Below are positions 56,059 to 64,000 of a stretch of DNA of 64,000 nucleotides, in pieces. How positions within the stretch are numbered: the first letter of the stretch is position 1; every line of letters starts with the position of its first letter. Origin of the DNA: the human T2T-CHM13v2.0 reference genome, Homo sapiens; the NCBI RefSeq assembly GCF_009914755.1, contig NC_060935.1; one strand, 5' to 3'. Position numbers and translations under genes: made by a program. Below the pieces are notes generated by a model. The model saw nothing but the letters and a program-made list of their open reading frames with translations, ran no database searches and was not told the DNA's origin.

Positions 56059-56391
56059 CATATATTATCTTTATTTATGGATTTGGGGTCCTTATCCATC
56101 AATCCTTCAAAATAGATGGTATGGCATATCGCCCTATTTGACAGATGATAAAACTGATGCCCAGGGGGATTAAATATTTTGCTAGTAAATGTCAGCATCT
56201 CTGCTAATTCAACTTTAATCTTCCAACTTCATTTCTTGTTCGTTTTTAGTTCAGAATGATAATAGTCTCTACCCTGAGGAAACTTAGGGTAGAAACTGAT
56301 TTGGGTTTACCCAAACTTACAGTAAAAACTGATTTGGGGTTTGCCACTTGATTTGAGGTCTGGGATTTGTCAGTTATGAAATAGGCTTATT

Positions 56392-56700
<309 letters not shown>

Positions 56701-56964
56701 AAAAAAGGATAGTCTTACTAGTATGAGACAAGGATCAATACTGGTTCATGGTCAGAATCGATGTCTATAGACTACACTGGAAGGCTCAGAGTCTAACTCT
56801 GGACTGGGCAAGCAGGCCCAATGCATAAATAAGCCCTGGTCCCACAGATGCTTACCTTTATGAACCTCTAACACTTTATTAAACAACTAAACATCGCTAT
56901 CAGTAAAAGAAGACGGCATCATGTTGGAAGCAGTAGTCTTTGAGACTGACTCAAAATGGCATTG

Positions 56965-57450
<486 letters not shown>

Positions 57451-57616
57451 TTCTCTGAACTTCCTACATTCTTGAGGTTCTAAAGACAATGATTTTATAA
57501 GTGCAACTTCCTGTTCATGCTGGCAAGTGGGGTAGTTAGAACAAGCCCATGGCTGGGATCCTGAACACCAAGTGTTTACATATATGGGTCAAAAAAAGCA
57601 ATTATAACAACTGCGG

Positions 57617-58071
<455 letters not shown>

Positions 58072-59049
58072 TCAAAACCTGATGTTGCTCTCCTTCCCTC
58101 TCACCACCTGGTACAGAGAAGAAAGCTGGTTTTCTCCCCCTGCCCTCTCATTGGCTTTTCTCCGTCTCTCCCTGGCTCTCCTCCTTGTTTCTCTTTCTTC
58201 CTCAATGCACTCCACTGCCCCCAACACACCCCCACACACAAACAGTTATATCTTCAAAGTTGAAGGAATGTGAAGATCCATCTCTTTTGATTAGGGCCCA
58301 GGAGAGAAGTTTCTGCAAATACATTTGCATTAATTACCACATTAATTTCTTGTCCCAGGGCAAGCTCAGCAAACCCGAAAGCCTTCCTGCAGGCAAACAC
58401 CTGCAAGACCCGGCAGTGGGCTGGGGGTTCAGGGTTAGTGAGGTAGCAATGACAGTGCTGGAAAGGAGCCTGCTAATGTCTTCCGCACAGGTGTTCAGCA
58501 CTATAGGGTGTTAATTGGGGAACAGGTGGAGGCACAGAGGGTGGAGTGAGCAGCAGAGTGAGTAGGGCAGAAACTGACTGCCATAGCCTAATTTCAAACA
58601 GAGTGGAATTTTCCTTCTCCTTCCTGCAGGTTAGACTTAGAAAGCTCAGCCACAATAGAACCGAACAGCACATCATCATGTACAACAACTAATATTTATT
58701 GCTGCTTTCTAAGTGCCCAACACTGAGCTAGGTACATTACATGCTTTATCCCTAATCTGCAAAGCAATTCTACAGAATAGGTATGAGAATCTTGGCCTTA
58801 AGAATGCCAAAGCCAAGGCTCAGAAGAAGATGAATAATTGCTCAAAGGCACACAGCTAGTATGTTGCAGAGCTAGCATTCTCTGCTGCTAAATCGTCTGT
58901 GTACCATCTTCTATATCTTTGTTCTTCTTATGAGAGGCAACAAGCCGGTTAGATGCATACTGGTCAACCTCATCTGGAGTGTTGTCCTCCAGATCAATCC
59001 TCTCAACTGATGAAAGCCTAGAAACCACGTGAGAACTGGCTAAATCCGA

Positions 59050-59260
59050 GATCGTCAAACTACCGCCCAAATCCAAGCCTACCCTGTTGTTGTAAATAAA
59101 GTTTTATTGCAATACACCTATATATTTAAATGCTGTCTGTGGTTCCTTTCATGCAACAATTGCAGAATTGAGTGGTTGCAGCAGAGACTGTAAGGCCCAC
59201 AAAGCCTCAAGTACTTTATACTATCTGGACATTTACAGAAAAAGACTGCCCACCACTTGG
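59050..59260. mobile_element. MER58A-like hAT element
   Basis: gtaaataaagttttattg...ggcccacaaagcct...tttacagaaaaag. Confidence 0.75.
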
Positions 59261-59691
59261 CTACGTAAATCATTGCCCTTGAGCATAACTGCAGAGACTC
59301 TGTTCTGAATCACCACTCAGCGCTGCCAAAGAAATTGGAAGTGTTTGGCCTGAAACAATGAAAACTCAAGGCACATACTTGACATCATGTAGAAGTGGAT
59401 TTGTTTGCAGGCCAATAGGTGGAAATTTCCAAGATGTGGTTTTTGGCTCAACCTAAAGAATTATCTGTTCCTAATGTTTATAAATTAACTTATAGGGCAA
59501 TGAGTTCTTCATTGCTGTAAGTATTTAAATAGTCACATGAGCATCCATCAGAAATGTCATAGAGGTTGTCCTTCATGACCTCTATGATCCTTTACAACTC
59601 CTGTGATCTTCTGACTTTGTGAGTTTCGATATGGCTAATGAGCCATGGGAACTTTTTTTCCTGAGTCTCTGTGCCCTAGTCTACTAGATTA

Positions 59692-60468
<777 letters not shown>

Positions 60469-60649
60469 GTGCTGGAATTATAGGCATGAGCCACTGTGCC
60501 CAGCCTGTATGAAACATTTTAACTATGTACAAGTTAACATATAGCCAAGCACTAATGAAAATGAAACAAGGTATAAGTGGCTTAAAAGAAGTTAAAAGAC
60601 AATAGAAAATATTTAAAATTTTATCAAAGCTTCCCATTTAAAAAGCAGT

Positions 60650-62060
<1,411 letters not shown>

Positions 62061-62487
62061 TCAAATAAATAAATTAATGAAAAGCACTAGAAGCAAACAA
62101 CTACAAATGTTTGAAAAACAGAAACTTCCAATATCAGTAAACTATTCCAGAACATTAAAAAAGAAAGTTTCCAAATTCTTTCCATAGATTCATTATTTAT
62201 TGATACCACATTTAATAAATATATCACAATAACATCACACTTTATGGAATAATTTATGAATATGAGTGCAGAATAATAAATAAAAAGTATTAATAAATAT
62301 AATTCAGAAACTTATTAAAAAATAATATACCAGAACAAAATAGATTTGAACCTGGAAAGAACAGCTAAATATTAAGGAATCTATTTACATAATTTACTAA
62401 CTTAGCCTATTAATTGATCAAAGTAAAAACATAAATAAAATTGTATATCCAGAGATGCTATAAAATCATTTGATAAAATTAAACATC

Positions 62488-62785
62488 AGCTGGGCATGGT
62501 GGCTCATGCCTGTAATCCCAGCACTTGGGAGGCCAAGACAGGCAGATCACTTGAGGTCAAGAGTTTGAGACCAGCCTGGCCAACATGGTGAAACCCCATC
62601 TCTACTAAATACAAAAATTAGCTGGGTATGGTGGCACACACCTGTAATTCCAGCTACTCAGGAGGCTGAGGCACCAGACTCGCCTGAACCGGGAAGGCGG
62701 AGTTTGCAGTAAGCCTAGACGGTGCCACTGCACTCTAGCCTGGATGATGGAGTGAGACTCTGTCTAAAAAAAAAAAAAAAAAAAA
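62488..62785 (+). mobile_element. AluS within old L1ME ORF2 relic
   Basis: TSD aaaattaaac. Confidence 0.9.
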
Positions 62786-63127
62786 TTAAACCTTCCTCCT
62801 TGATTTTTAAATAATTCTCCCTTAATACAAGCACATACAGCCGTGCCTATCTATACATATTTTTGTAGCTATATAAATTCTTAAGCCAAAGCCTAGTGTC
62901 AGGATAAATGGTGAAGTGTGATAAACAATTCAATTAAAGTCAGAAACTAGACAAGTTTTTTAATTATCGTTACTTCTATTTAGCATATATCTGGAAGTAC
63001 TGGTCAAGACAGAAAAAAGAAAGAGATATACTGGAAAGAAAGAAGCCAAGTTATTTATTGCAGCTAATATGATTATGTACAGACAACTAACTATAAAACT
63101 ATTGGAAGTAATAAGAGAATTTAGTAA

Positions 63128-63474
<347 letters not shown>

Positions 63475-63574
63475 TTAAAATAATAAGAATAGTTCCATTA
63501 TATGGAAACAACAACAACATATTTTTTCCTACTAAACAACATATTTTCTTCCTACTAAGTAAAAATCATCTTTC

Positions 63575-63991
63575 CCTACTTGCAAGCTAAAAATTTAGTC
63601 TGCCACAGTTTCATGGATGTTGGCAGAGACATAAGACTCCTTCATCAGAAACAAAGGATTTTGTTACAGTAATAACAGTAGTCAGACTATTAGCATTTTC
63701 TTTTGACAATTTCCTAAGCTCTAGTTTCTGCAAGGCAGGGCAAAAGAGGGCCAGGTGACACCTGCACCTGCAGTGGTCTGCACTACAGGACGAGAGGCCT
63801 GAGTTCAGGGAATCTGAATATTTTATACTAGACCTTAAACATGCCTGCCCTCTGCCACTAAGAGAGATGCTAACTCTATCTTTTAAGTCTGTTTGCTACA
63901 CTACGTCCTTGAAAAGATAGTCTAGAACAAAGGCAGAAAAACACAAGACATGCAGAAACAGGAGGGCCCCCTGGAGAATTATCTCCCAACA
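63575..63991 (-). mobile_element. MER74/MER73-like ERVL-class LTR
   Basis: Reverse complement begins TGTTGGGAGATAATTCTCCA. Confidence 0.6.
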
Positions 63992-64000
63992 CTGCTTAGA

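Overview
This is primate (hominoid-type, most likely human) non-coding DNA made mostly of transposable-element remnants; I find no host protein-coding gene. Nearly every ORF in the supplied track is a spurious translation of Alu, L1 or LTR sequence. The first 9.3 kb is a near full-length, env-containing but disabled HERV-H provirus (LTR7-gag-pro-pol-env-LTR7, tRNA-His PBS, 5-bp TSD) inside an old L1PB 5' end. Downstream are an LTR12 solo LTR nested in an Alu, a tRNA-Lys(TTT) copy that appears to be a retrotransposed pre-tRNA/Alu chimera, a truncated Ricksha (MULE) transposon carrying an ERV-L passenger, LTR8B, MER21, LTR10F, THE1D and MLT1 LTRs, a U6 retropseudogene, a strong CTCF motif, two candidate L1 3' transductions, about 45 Alus, and several local duplication or template-switch scars. 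I see no convincing new biological system. The best leads are mechanistic footprints of retrotransposition and DNA repair, plus candidate LTR-derived regulatory elements. Repeat subfamily names come from recalled consensus sequences and boundaries of old repeats are approximate; both need RepeatMasker/Dfam confirmation.
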